Source: Botryllus schlosseri (Eukaryota). From it: a stretch of 64,000 nucleotides of DNA. The first letter of the stretch is position 1, and the number at the start of each line of letters is the position of its first letter. The notes under the pieces are model-generated. The model was not told the DNA's origin. It did not search any database and was given only the letters and a program-made list of their open reading frames with translations. The stretch covers positions 22,258,001 to 22,322,000 of the forward strand of contig CM119374.1 of the NCBI GenBank assembly GCA_051294905.1, written 5' to 3'. Below, in pieces: positions 35,301-46,750 of this stretch. Both the position numbers and the translations under genes were made by a program.

Positions 35301-36976
35301 ACCGGCGACTAACACCAATCGCGAATTCGATGTACCCACCATTGCGCGCCTGGAAATCTTGGATTGCACGATACCTTGATTGACGAAAGAGAATGGCAGA
35401 ACCGGCGGCACTTGTAGGACAATGCAGTTTTTAAATACATATTGCCTTCCTGATCTACGTCGAGAAATAAAATGCCTTGGAAGTGACATTCAAAATCGCA
35501 AATTCGAATTAAAAACAACGCCATAGCTATCCATTTTCTTGATTGGTTAGTAGCTTTCTAGCATCGCCATAAAAATGAAGGTGTGTAACGCAACGTTACG
35601 TAACGCCGAATATTTTAGAACTCTATCAATACTTGGATTTTCATAACCAGCGCGACAGTTACATTTCATAAATAAATATCAGTGATTTTTAATTCTAAGC
35701 TTTTTACGATGAGTTGTGCTGTCACAGGTGAGGCCTGGGCCGTCTGTGCCTCATCCGAGCCTTTCCTCTTTTCGCAGTTTATTTTCGAACACTAAATATG
35801 TAAATTGCGTGATTTTGGGAATAAAAATGTTCAAAATCTAGTCATTCATAAAATAGATGGGAGGTACCAATAACCATAGAAGGGTTAACAATTTTCGTTC
35901 ACTCATCACTGACGACATCTGAGACACTGCCTCATTTGCCTTCCCTAACCCCACGTCACTGACGTATCGCAGGGTGGGTATCAACTGCTGTAGTGACCAT
36001 ATTTGGCTCCACCTATACCCATGCGGGCAGAAAAGTATGGCGCACACTATACGAATCCCTTATGTTAGTGCTACCAATATGCCTGGGGTGATCAATTGTG
36101 ACGTAACAGTTGTTTGACATGTATGGCTCTTTGGGAGTTACAATTAAAAATATTGGGCCAATATGGCTCTTCGGTCGAAAAAGGTTCCCGACCATTACCG
36201 TAGAGCGACCTGGAACACCGAATATCATCGAAAAGAGCAAGAAGCGCACTATCAAAACTTCCATAGATCATTGACTAATTGAAACTTTCCGTCGATGCAT
36301 AGACTAGACATAGGCTTTAGGAATGCTTAATATTTAGGCTTCGTTCAGGCTATTGCCGCCTAAACGCGGACTTATACAAAATTGGATGTAGCTTTAACGA
36401 TCTATGCGAACATTACACAGAACCTGAAACAGTGGAACATTATATGCTGCACAGCCATCGATATGATTTTCATAGAACCTTATGATTCAACCGGGTATAC
36501 GTGAGCTCAAAATAGCCGCAACACTCAAAAATTTACTGATCGTTCCCGACATGTTATCCCATGTTGCAGAGTTCGTTCTGTGTATTTGTAATTCTGTACT
36601 TGCCCACATAATGTCCCAATAGTTGCACTTTCCCGACTGGCAAATGCTCGAAAGTACTTTTTTAAAAGTAACTGTCTCTAATTTGGTATACTGCCCGCAC
36701 ATTTAAGTCCGTGACGCACCTGGCCTTACTGACGAAAAGCGTCATTTTTCTTTTCATTAATAATAATAATACTAATATTGTTTTGTTGCACTCTGCAGAG
36801 TCTTGGCGCGACCTGTTGCGAAGTACGACCAGGAGCTGGCGTATTTAGCGCATATTTTCACCACCGTTCTCTGCTTCTCCAACAGTATTATCAATCCAAT
36901 GATATATTCCGCCTGTAGAAACAAGAAATGCTCCATACAGGTAACTGCTTCCTTCGTGTCGCTAGAGTTACATTAA
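26357..36976 (+). CDS. Multi-exon rhodopsin-class peptide GPCR, angiotensin/apelin/bradykinin/chemokine-receptor type, about 355-366 aa
   Basis: Exons 26357-26472 (tentative), 27622-27787, 29020-29132, 31437-31534, 32144-32288, 32348-32528, 32595-32698 and 36799-36940 (read-through stop at 36974-36976, or a further exon). All junctions are GT-AG with compatible phases. Motifs GN, NLAVADL, TVPCW, WMFGDIGCK, AVNRY, W, FVIP..VISFCY, CWLPNQ and NSIINPMIY. Confidence 0.88.
26876..27312. mobile_element. hAT-type MITE, TAGGGTTACCA family, in intron 1 of the peptide GPCR
   Basis: Degenerate left TIR; right end ATAGTAACCCTA; homologous to 45135-45587. Confidence 0.7.
27622..27787 (+). CDS. Peptide GPCR exon: N-terminus end and TM1
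   Basis: TTCTAG| ... IIPVIYSVLFLLGAAGNSMVIY ... |GTAGGT. Confidence 0.82.
29020..29132 (+). CDS. Peptide GPCR exon: TM2 and ECL1
   Basis: TTCCAG| IDIYIGNLAVADLLLIMTVPCWGLTHILNGDWMFGDIG |GTATGT. Confidence 0.9.
31437..31534 (+). CDS. Peptide GPCR exon: TM3 (not in the ORF track)
   Basis: TTCAG| CKLMSFLLHINMFSSIFIIAAMAVNRYQVVVS |GTAAGT. Phases 2 in and 1 out match the neighbouring exons. Confidence 0.9.
32144..32288 (+). CDS. Peptide GPCR exon: ICL2, TM4 and ECL2
   Basis: GCGCAG| ALRNTAKPKRKWDTIRYCVIIWLTSCVLSTHTLFLRKTMPRKNRNLC |GTAAGG. Different frame from the overlapping ORF 32094-32702. Confidence 0.85.
32348..32698 (+). CDS. Peptide GPCR exons: TM5 and TM6, separated by a probable 66-nt intron at 32529-32594
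   Basis: WDYPDDTAAFWWIEHMISRNLVAFVIPLTVISFCYWKI... then ARHVTRTVSVFVVTFVICWLPNQLSNFLQSLWHF |GTAAGT. Confidence 0.88.
33131..34391 (-). mobile_element. Non-autonomous hAT element retaining a transposase C-terminal fragment
   Basis: TIRs CAGTG(G/A)TT(C/A)CCAAC; TSD ATCTAAAG/ATCTAAAA. ORF 33658-33885 contains PATAAVERSFSILGKLLSKDRHF, resembling the hAT C-terminal dimerisation motif. Confidence 0.88.
34575..36769 (+). mobile_element. 5'-truncated, decayed non-LTR retrotransposon with RNase H domain (I/Loa/R1-like), interrupted by a MITE
   Basis: YTNGSK (34581), ILSDS, and WVPGHDDVSGDELVD RNase H motifs. RLRSGYCRLN...LC....ETVEHY C-terminal knuckle (~36335-36470). (TAA)4 tail at 36758-36769. Confidence 0.82.
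35047..36197. mobile_element. hAT MITE nested in the LINE
   Basis: TIR CAGTGGTCGGGAACCT / AGGTTCCCGACCATTA; perfect TSD CCGTAGAG. Confidence 0.9.
36799..36940 (+). CDS. Peptide GPCR exon: ECL3 and TM7 (not in the ORF track)
   Basis: CTGCAG| VLARPVAKYDQELAYLAHIFTTVLCFSNSIINPMIYSACRNKKCSIQ |GTAACT. Confidence 0.9.
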
Positions 36977-38856
36977 AAACAAGAATTAATTTAAAACGAA
37001 CATGTTAAAAGCATGGCTTATTCGCTCATGCTCATGACGTCACGAATATTTAGTTGTAACGTCACAGTGGATTGAAATTGGCAATTGAAATTATAGTGTA
37101 GAAACATGGCTCATTTGACGAAACAGTCTTAAAATTCTTAAGATCCCTGTCATAAACGGACAGAAAATATCCCTAAGATGAACTATAGTATCGTTTTCCC
37201 GCGTTTTTACAGTCGGCGGTCACCATCATCATCATCATAGCATTCATTCCGCACCAATTATCCATATCTACGTGAAACAGCGGTTGAGCCGATGACGATA
37301 TCGAGGGGTCTAAACATTCCATTATGAATAAGTTGACTAGATCGAGTGCAAATCGTCCGTAGGCCTATACTAAATGTTTTTTCGAACGTATTAACACAAC
37401 TATGGCATATTATACAATTTTTGAAGAACATGTATGCATGTTTAAACATAGTGTTTTAAAACATCAATTGTTTCAACTACAACCCTATGTGTCGCCGATA
37501 TGTCTACAGCACTTGACATGCCGATGATATAGAACGCGATAATTCTTGCTTCTTCGCCGGTATAAGCGTGCAACTGTCCCATACAGTCTCGATCATCCGA
37601 ATGCGAAGATTTGCGTTGCGATGTGTGTGATTTTCTACCATCGATTACTGTGTACATCCGATTGTCCATTGACTGAATATCCAGTCCTAGATATTAATCT
37701 GACGCCTTTACAAAAGCAAAAGTAATATGATATTGATGATATTACATGTCGCCATGTTAAGTGCTCTCGCGAATTATTCTCTGGTTAGAGTCCCTCGAGA
37801 AAACCAAAATGCTGAAGATGAAACTTACAATAAGGCTTGTCCAATGTCCGTTCGCGGTGCAAGAAAAAGATTGAAAGTTTCAAAGTGCATTCTCACATTA
37901 CGTTCCATTATTCATCTATTTATGGAGCTGGAGCCTATTGAGTATCGCGGGCCGCATGAATTTCATAACATCTTAAGCGGATCTCATTTTATTTATACGG
38001 TATTTTCAAATTCCAAAGCACGAGAGTTCGGTTATTGTAATAAAGAGCAAAAAGGACTCTGGTGGAGATGACTGAATGAACCATCTGTGGTTACGAAGCA
38101 TTCGGTGATTACTCAGACCAAACACGTTGCCCTTGGCAATTTTCATAGCAACGTTCTAGTCAGTAAATCAGTATTGGAACCGACTTTGCAGCAAAGGAGG
38201 AATAATCGGGGCGTATACATTGGATCAAAACCGATGGTTGGTTGGACCAACCTGAGACCTTCTGACTCAGAAAACTATGATAAATTCATGTCGCTTATAT
38301 AGGTCGAGCGGGCATCAGACGAATGTATGCCTGGAACGTTATTCAAACTCGACCCCGAATCCAGCCTGAAAAGCTTGACACGACTTCTGACTCTGCTGTA
38401 AGGATTCACTGTAGAAATATTTTCTCGATGGAGCATCAGATTCCAAAGTGGTTATAGCACAAGTTTATAACTTACCCAACTACGTTTTCATTTCTACAGG
38501 TGGATTGAATAGATTACATTCATAAGGAATGATCTAACAATTGTGCATTGAACTAATACATTTAGAATCGCTTTCCAACGTCGAGCACAAAATGATTGAT
38601 TTGTTTACTGTGAAAAGGGGCAGTGGGGTGGCTATATGACAAATATAGAAAGTGGTTGCACGTGTCACAATTTGTACGAGAGTCCGACGTCAAGAAGTTT
38701 AATGGGGGTAAATTACATATAAATCATCAATATATTGAATTCATTTCGTGAGTTATACAAACACATTGACACGTGCCGGCGGCAGATTCCCGCCCCGATC
38801 TATAGTCATTGTAGCGACGGTGACAATGCTATCAATTCGGCTCCGCCACGCGGCAA

Positions 38857-39298
38857 ATGCAATCGATCACTTCGCCACTTTCCTCGACATTCACAAAACA
38901 TTGAAATTTTTATATCAATATTCCGACAGCAGTTGCTTATGACGGCCTTCACAAAGTGCTCTACCTCAAACAAGCGCCAATCGTCTCGGGGGGCTCAAGA
39001 TGGAGCGGATCGCAAACTAACGAGTAAGTTTATATGTGGTATAAGATATCGAAGCTTGACATAACTGCACAGCACACATAGGTTAGAGTGCATTGTAAAT
39101 GCATGGGTGCAAGATGTGGGAACAAATCGGGCCATGCTTTCGTAACCATTACATAACGATGAAACGAGTAGAATTCCCCAATTCTTATGCACATATGTCT
39201 CGAAGGTGAGTCAGAGTCATGCGCGTAGGATATGTCCATCATGGAGCTGTACACCAGCGCTGCTATATATTTCGGCCGAAGGGGTCAACGAGACTTAA
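38857..39298 (+). pseudogene. Decayed two-exon gene, copy A, convergent with GPCR copy 3
   Basis: Frame ...YINIPTAVAYDGLHKVLYLKQAPIVSGGSRWSGSQTNE |58-nt GT-AG intron 39024-39081| LECIVNAWVQDVG...LYISAEGVNET*. Internal stops at 38902 and 39143. Confidence 0.55.
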
Positions 39299-39344
39299 AG
39301 GTTTGGAAATTAGTGTCACATAACATGCGAGAGTGCTAATCCAG

Positions 39345-39359
39345 TTTATTGGGAATAAA
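39345..39359. terminator. Back-to-back poly(A) signals TTTATT-GGG-AATAAA
   Basis: Minus-strand AATAAA ~210 nt after the copy 3 stop (also present in copy 4 at 51357-51362). Plus-strand AATAAA ~55 nt after the relic-gene stop. Confidence 0.5.
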
Positions 39360-39560
39360 ATTTCCTAAAATTCAGAATATCAGCAGGAAAAATAAGACAC
39401 TTTTGGTTATGCCATCTATCAAATAATAACGGCATTACCCAAAACGACTAGGATCCAATCCTCGACCAAGTTTCACCAAAGCTACAAAACTGACCGGCGC
39501 TTTCATGGCGTAAAATATATATCACATTACGGCGAATACATGTGTAACTGCAGTTGGCAA

Positions 39561-41031
39561 TCATGTTGAACCCTCCGCATGCCTCGAGGTTTCCATATAT
39601 TCAGTCAAGTTACTCATAACGGATTGGTAGAGGTCTGCAGTATTAGCGCTGATGACAAACGATCCGAATGCCGTGCTACGTCGTCCACGTGTCTCCGGCA
39701 CACTAGTCACAGTAGGTGACTGATACCATCTTGTGTTACACGATTTTGGGAGTCGTCGTCTGTCATACTTCGACTGCGCATCGTCATCACGCGCTATTTC
39801 ACAAACTGAATCCTCGGTGATCATACGGTCCGAGGTACAAGGTCCGTCTACGTGCGACTCTGCCATCTCCAAGTAGTCACTGTGCGGCTCAGACGCGGGA
39901 AGTTGGCGGCTAGTCGAGTTATTTGAACGTACCACGTTAATAGCGATCTTCCGATAACCACCATGCGTGTTATTGGAGGGATTTGCGACACCGCGGCGCA
40001 GTATGCACGGTGTGAACCTCTCCCGAAACATCCTAAGTGCAGCCTTCCGAAATTCTTTCACCCGCCAATTGTAGATGAAGAAATTCCATAAGCTGTTACT
40101 TGCTAACATGATAATCGCCATGTATTGGCTTGTGGTGTACGCCGCCGCACGACTTCGACTTAGCATCCATGGCCGTTGCCAATGTGTGACAGCAGGGGTA
40201 AAACTCACGACTGTGGTGCCAATTACTGGCACCAACGATACCGAAAAGGCCATCACCATCATTGATAACGTGCTAGCAAGTCTATAGTCGAAATCCCGCC
40301 GGGAAATTGAAGGACATGTAATTATACTTCTTCTCGCGATAGCGTGTTTCCGACACATGTAGTATGTCATTCCGTTTAGGATCCACATCGTGACCAGTGG
40401 TATAAGGAGAGTTCCAGACACTATGAATGCTGCGTCTCCTTCAGCGAATATGAAATTAGAGCTTGTGACTTTATACGAGAACCCTGGGATGAAAATGGGG
40501 AGTAGACACAACACTATGCACACGAACCATAACAAAACGTTTAATCTGACGGCGCGGCGTTTGGCGATGTATGGGTTGTATGCTAGCGGTCTGTACACAG
40601 CCCAAAATCGATCTACGCTCGCAGACATGAGTATGAAAATCGACAATATAACGCCTGGTAGAGAGAAAAATCCCATTGCGATCACAAAGTGATTATCGTA
40701 AATTTCTCCACGTTCACCACCGCTGTAGCGATAAACCAAATCTGCATTGTCGTAAGGTGTCATATTAGCAGTTCGTATGTACGGCCGCATGATGACCGCT
40801 CCCATGTGTCTCGGCTTGAGGAACGTGAGATATTGTAATATAATCATATTCGGCCACAGCACGACTCCTATCATTAGATCGGCGAACGCGAGGGATATTC
40901 TGTAAACGCCTTGGGTGTTTCGCAGTTTAGCTGTGGTCCCGAATACGCAGATAATGAATACGTTTCCAAGGATCGTTGTGATGCATGCCGCTATCATGAA
41001 GGCAATGCATGCGATGATGCTGTGTCGGCAC
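39561..41031 (-). CDS. Ectodomain-GPCR copy 3, exon 2: intact 7TM plus C-tail (spliced product 772 aa)
   Basis: Acceptor GTATTTTAG|G at 41032/41031 gives WCRHSIIACIAF. Motifs GN, LAFAD, DRF, SLVP and NSLWNFFIY. Exon lengths 848+1471 nt = 773 codons including the stop. Confidence 0.93.
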
Positions 41032-41502
41032 CTAAAATACATTCATATGTGTCTAACATGAGTCAGTCCATTACGACTTCGTTCCCCGTTATATTGCGCA
41101 TAATTTATTCGTTCTAGAGCAGTGCTGGCAATTCGTGACTGGATTCGAATTGGAACCACGGGTTGAATCCTAACTTACCTTTCGTAATGATCAACGTAAG
41201 AAGTGCACTTGGCTTAACAGCAGGTTAAATTTTGATGTGGGAATACTGTAACCTGGTTCGATAGACGGAAATCATGTATTCAATCTATTTCCACCATAGA
41301 ACGGGGTTGCAATCAGTCCAATAGCACTCTCAGGTACAAGATATTGCTCACACACCCATAGTATCATCAGCGACAATGAACCAAATACGTCAGCTACGGA
41401 ATAAAAATGGAAAATATTGGCCTGGTGCAAATGACCAAAGTAGTTCACAAACAAAATTAATACCACAAACAACAGCAACTGCAATTCATATGAGAGTATA
41501 TC

Positions 41503-42771
41503 CCAGGGGTTCTCAACTTTCCTTGCATAACGGGCCGCACCTTAACAGCAAAAACCGCTGCGGGCCGCAGAACATTATTACCGTATATTTGTGGACTGCT
41601 CACTTATTTAGGCTAATATAGCCTATTAACCAGTCGTATATGGGCATTTAGTACATTTGTATGCATTCTACAGCATTAATGGACACTATGGACAGCGTTC
41701 GTAAGCTTTCAGTTGCTGTTTTTAGTGAGATTATGTCATCTTCCAACGGAACAAGTAAATCCCTTCATGAAGCGTGCATTGCATTCGTTCCCAAGTCGGT
41801 ATGTCCAGTGTGCACCTTCAAACCCTTGCACCACACAACCGAACTCTCTGTTTCAATGCGTGAGCGAGCAAGTATACAATTACGGTAACTTTTTCGTTGC
41901 AGAGGCCATTGTCACTTTGAGCTCTCAGTGATATGATAAGAAGTCTCATGGCCGGGGTAATTTCTGAGCAAACCAATCAACCCTTATCATTCCCTTCCAT
42001 GGCTGATGCCCTGCACCAATAGTTACAGAAGTCAGCTTTGTCAAGATGATGTTGTTTACTAGTCCCCTCCCCCCACGTTTTGCCGGCCAGAATTGCGTCT
42101 ACGAATATATCGACTGCGATAGAATACTCCAGTACAATTAGCGTTGCAATGTCCGTGGATTTTGTCCAATGCTAGGTTAAAGTAGTCTACGCGGCAACGT
42201 GTTTCAAAACATGCGACAAAAGATTAACTAGCATTGCTGTTACTCTTCTTGTCACGGTTGAATCGCACAACTGCAGCTTCGAAATTTGTTAGATGAAGTT
42301 GTCCTTGCTGCTAAATTTCGGAAACAGCGGAGATTCGTACAGTATAGTAACGTTTTGTTGAAAACACACCTTTTCCAGCAGATTTCATGGGTTTAGCGAT
42401 ATACCAAGCAATTTTGAACCATGCGTCTTTAACGTCGTCGGCAATCTCGAAATGCCTCAAAATATGGATTGCTGGGCATGAGACCTGGCTAGCAACACTT
42501 TTTTCTAAGATCAGGTGATATGTATAACTCCGGACGGAACTGTCCGAAAACCTATTCAAAACAATAAGAATCTAAACTCGGCCATCTATCAAGAAACCAG
42601 AACACATTGAAGAATGAGAATAAATCAAACGAAATAGAGACGGTGCGATAAGAGAGCTTAAGTGCTAAATTATTATGTAACAATACTGTGCCGGTAGTGA
42701 TTGCGATCATATTGAAAGATCTCGCGGGCCGCAGAAGAAGCGTTTGCGGGCCGCGGGTTGAGAACCCCTGG
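41503..42771. mobile_element. hAT-type MITE in intron of copy 3
   Basis: 15-bp perfect inverted repeat CCAGGGGTTCTCAAC and GGGCCGC subterminal repeats; TSD unclear. Confidence 0.8.
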
Positions 42772-43211
42772 ATCCTATGGGCCAGTCATGGAATCTGGCT
42801 ACGTGTAACATCTTTTGGGGTGGTATGCGTCAACGCTCTTCGAGCTATTCCGGGATGGGACACCTTTCCACCTTTACACAACAGCTAAGCACTGAAATGC
42901 TGATGATTACAAAAGGTCAAGACTCTTTCCCAGTCCTAATATCCCGCCGTTACTAGTATCGCCGCGGCTGACTAAGAGCTGCAAGCTTAAATGTGCCCTA
43001 TAGTCGCGGTGTCTGGTAGGCCTACGTACGCGCTACACATGACCCGGTTGAAGTGCACTGGAATACGTACTCTTTTCGCTATCATTGTGTCAAGCGCATG
43101 ATCGTAGTTTATAGTAAATCCCTAACACAACTTATGCTTGATAGATAAAAAAAAAGTTATATACTGTAAGTTAACGTTTTCTATCCATTCGAGAATATTC
43201 TATGCTCTTAC

Positions 43212-44059
43212 CAGGAAGGCATCCCCATCCAAGGCGACACTCCGCGATATTGCGCTGTTTGCAAATCATATCCTTGCCACTGTAGACCGCAAAATGGTGC
43301 GTACGGTTCGATAATTTCGTGGAACCGTCCGACTCCCCCATCGCTTCGATCGAATAAAGCCGCTTGTACGCATGATTTAACCAAGTCTTCAAGTTCCATC
43401 GCGCTTGAGTTTAGCTTCTCAATCAAAACCATCCAAGTCATGGCGCCTGGAAAGAGTGATTCGTTCACAAATTGATATCGTCGAGCGACGTGTACGATAT
43501 CGGCGTAACATGCCGTTTCAACTTTACTTCGGTTGCAAAACAGATCGTACATACGCTTGGTGTATTCGCTAAAAGACCAAGTCGGGCGTTTGCACTCATC
43601 TTCAAATTCCTTGCAACGCCATCTATTCAAGCGTTCCAACATGACAACGAGATAGCGTCCACCGTTGTTCCAATCGTTTACGTACGTCTTGTAAACATGT
43701 TGACAACACTTGTCTTTGTAATCAATATTCGGCGTTGGAAAGTATGTGCAGACGTTTCCATCAAATTCCAATTCCTCTTGGTAATGAGTCTTCGATTTAT
43801 TTCGCTCTGTTGTCGGTTCTCTGGTCGATGAATTCATGAACTCCTTCGAGTTAGGACTTTGATGGGTTGACAGGAATGAGGTTGCGATTTGCGCATGGCT
43901 TCCTGCTCGCGCTGCAACAAGCCGACTGATGTCTTCCACGGACTTTGTTTTTGACGCCTTTTTTGTGCTAACATCCGATTTACAAGCAATAATGTGTGAA
44001 AGTACAATCATTGTGACCGCTATAAGCTGGTGGAACCCTGACAACGATCTTCCGTGCAT
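43212..44059 (-). CDS. Ectodomain-GPCR copy 3, exon 1: signal peptide, stalk and Cys-rich ectodomain
   Basis: ORF 43208-44059 begins MHGRSLSGFHQLIAVTMIVLSHIIACKS. Donor TG|GTAAGA at 43212/43211. Confidence 0.9.
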
Positions 44060-44405
44060 CTTCTCTCATCTATACCTTCCCGCCCCTCTGGTTTTGTCGT
44101 ACTCGTCTGCAGCAGCGCCACATGATGTGTGGTGTTAACATTAGCTCCGAGTTCTTCAACACACCAGAAAGGTAACCGGATTCTCGATATCGTATTAATA
44201 CCAGCAATAATACACTTTGCAGTAAGGGGGCTACAAGGCAAGAGGATATTTTAAAGACAAAAAGTGCGCCACGTCCAGCTAAATTGAATCCTGAATATAC
44301 ATTCATGGAGAAATAAATTCGATATGGTGTCTTACAAAAGCCTTGAAGTGGGCCGTGCTACAAGTCTGCAGTTACGGAATCTAGTATTACGATTTCACTG
44401 AACAT

Positions 44406-44953
44406 TAGGGCTGGGTGATACAGTTCAGTACCTGTGCGATTCAATTCCGAATCGAGTATTATGCTTCTCGACAAGTATTCGAGTATCAAACATGATGACA
44501 TCACAAGAGTATCGATGACTTGAACAGCTGTGTACACTTTAGGCGACCGCATGAAATAAAACGTTAGTTCTAAACCGCATAAAAATAGATAAGTTGGTAC
44601 CTTGTATGCCACCGCAAAGAACATAGCGCGTGTTATCCATCACATTAACGATACTTTAATTTCATTGCACTTGTTGACAATGTTGGGGGCTGACCATTAC
44701 TACGGAAATGTGTTATGTCCAGTAACGTTCCTAGCTTTGCACTGTGTCTCGTAGGTTGCGACACAGCCAATCAAAGTTTCAAGGCTTCAAGGCTTCCTTT
44801 GTGGAAAATAGTATCAAAGCCGTAATTCTCGTTAGTAAATTAACATACGTATAATTTCAGTTCCCGAAAAAATCGTCTTTACTACTCGACTCGAATCATT
44901 AAAATCAATACTCGATTCAGATTCGAGTACTCGAATCATTATGCCCAGCCCTA
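44406..44953. mobile_element. MITE, TAGGGCTGGG family with TCGAGTA repeats
   Basis: TAGGGCTGGG...CCCAGCCCTA ends; inverted homolog at 51367-51846. Confidence 0.8.
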
Positions 44954-45134
44954 CCTAGGAGACAATCGTTACGGTCATTATCGGATATATTTGTGCGTAG
45001 GAATGTAACCCAGTGTACATGTTTGCTCTGGTTTGTTAAATCATGGTATCGAAACTAACTTCATGCGCTGCGATCAACCGCTTTCTTAATTCTGGGTTGC
45101 TAAATCCTGATGAATGCGAAAATCGACATTATCG

Positions 45135-45587
45135 TAGGTTTACCATATTTTGGAAATCTAAAAAGAGGACACTTTTTCAGAAACTTGAGACTTGCAAAAC
45201 CGGAGAAGAATTCTCAAACACCGGTGAATTTTTCCCACTTTGTGATCGGTTGACTAAAAAAAATGGTCATCCTTTCGCTCAGAGCTCAAAATACCGTTTT
45301 TCTTTCCGCATTGCTATGTGGATGACTAAGAAAAAAATAAAATAAAAAAAGGGTCATTTTCCGCCCAGAGCTAAAATCACCGTTTTCACTCTGAAATAAC
45401 CGCCGGAGCGTCACTTCTGAGCTAATTTACGGCATATCACTCGCAATTTGCTCTAATTCTGACCTAAATTTTCAAAAAAGAGGACAGAATCTCAAAAAAG
45501 AGGACAAAAGGGCGTCCTCCGAGGACACTTTCAAAAAAGTCAAAAAAGAGAACAAATCCTCTTAAAAGAGGACGTATGGTAAGCCTA
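45135..45587. mobile_element. hAT MITE, TAGGGTTACCA family
   Basis: TAGGTTTACCATA...TATGGTAAGCCTA ends; perfect TSD CATTATCG. Confidence 0.9.
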
Positions 45588-46604
45588 CATTATCGATAAT
45601 CCAACTTTATGATCTCCTCCTTCTGTGGCAAAGAGCATAAAATTTCAGTACTTGGCCTACTCCATTAGGATTCGTGTTCTCGAATCGTTGTTACCATAAC
45701 ATAACCTACTCAACATGACTCCTCGATATGGTAACGGATTAATAGCGATTCTAGCGACCATCGATGCGACATGCTGCGGCACCTTGATTGACATAGTCGT
45801 CACAGTCTCATCCCATGTTCATTTGTTGTTGTTGCTATTGTCAGTAAAACCACAAAAAGTCAATAAAAATCATGATTTGAATTAGGTCTGCGAAGCAAAA
45901 TGATTTTTCATAACCCTGCTGCTAACGTCTCCTAAATATCCGGTGCCGCTCATAATGTAAACTGAAAATTTAGAGTTCATCATGGTATCCGATTCTTTAG
46001 ATTTTTATTTACTTTTCTTCATTATAGTTAATAAATACATCAATCATCACAGTACGAGAGCAATACGGGGTATTGAGTGATGCAGTATCATAGAACCTTT
46101 GCCGTAGCTTCCAACTTATTTATGTTTCGATATTGTGATATAGCGGCCCGCAGCGCCTACCAAGTTGGAATAGAGGGCCTTTGCCATTTTTAGTTGGTGA
46201 CCCCTGGAGTACAGCTTATAGAAATTCAGGAAGTGATTTCACTTAATCAATACCAAGGCTCGCTAATCTATCTCAATAATATCCCTTCCTCCTGCAATTG
46301 CCAACTCTCGTGTGATTCAATAAGACGTTCCGTTGTGTTACATCATGTCAGAAACTTCTATGTACGAACAAAGTCGACCATATTGTAGCGATGATTCATC
46401 GCACTCTAAACTGTCGAATACTTAGTGTACGACTGTTAACCAAAGCGTATTGTGTAGATTGTAGACCATGTACCATGTCAATCCCGATTGCTAATGAATA
46501 GTGAATACTAACACGACACTTTTGCTAGGTTTGAGCCGGTCAGCCATTCGTGCCGTTACCGAATTTGCAGAACAACCATAATAACGGTTGCTTTGGAATT
46601 AACT

Positions 46605-46750
46605 GAGAGATAGCGCAGTGGTATAATCCGCGGTTGCAACACTAGTCAGTGCGGGTCTTACAAAAAGCCTAGAGGTGGGCCGTGCTATAAGTCGGCAGTT
46701 ACGAAAAATACTGAAGACAAACACCATGAATACCTCAAAACAAACAAACA
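46605..46750 (+). mobile_element. tRNA-derived SINE, internally deleted copy
   Basis: GAGATAGCGCAGTGGTATAATCC head, GTGGGCCGTGCTA core and AAAC tail, matching 24945-25213. Confidence 0.65.
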
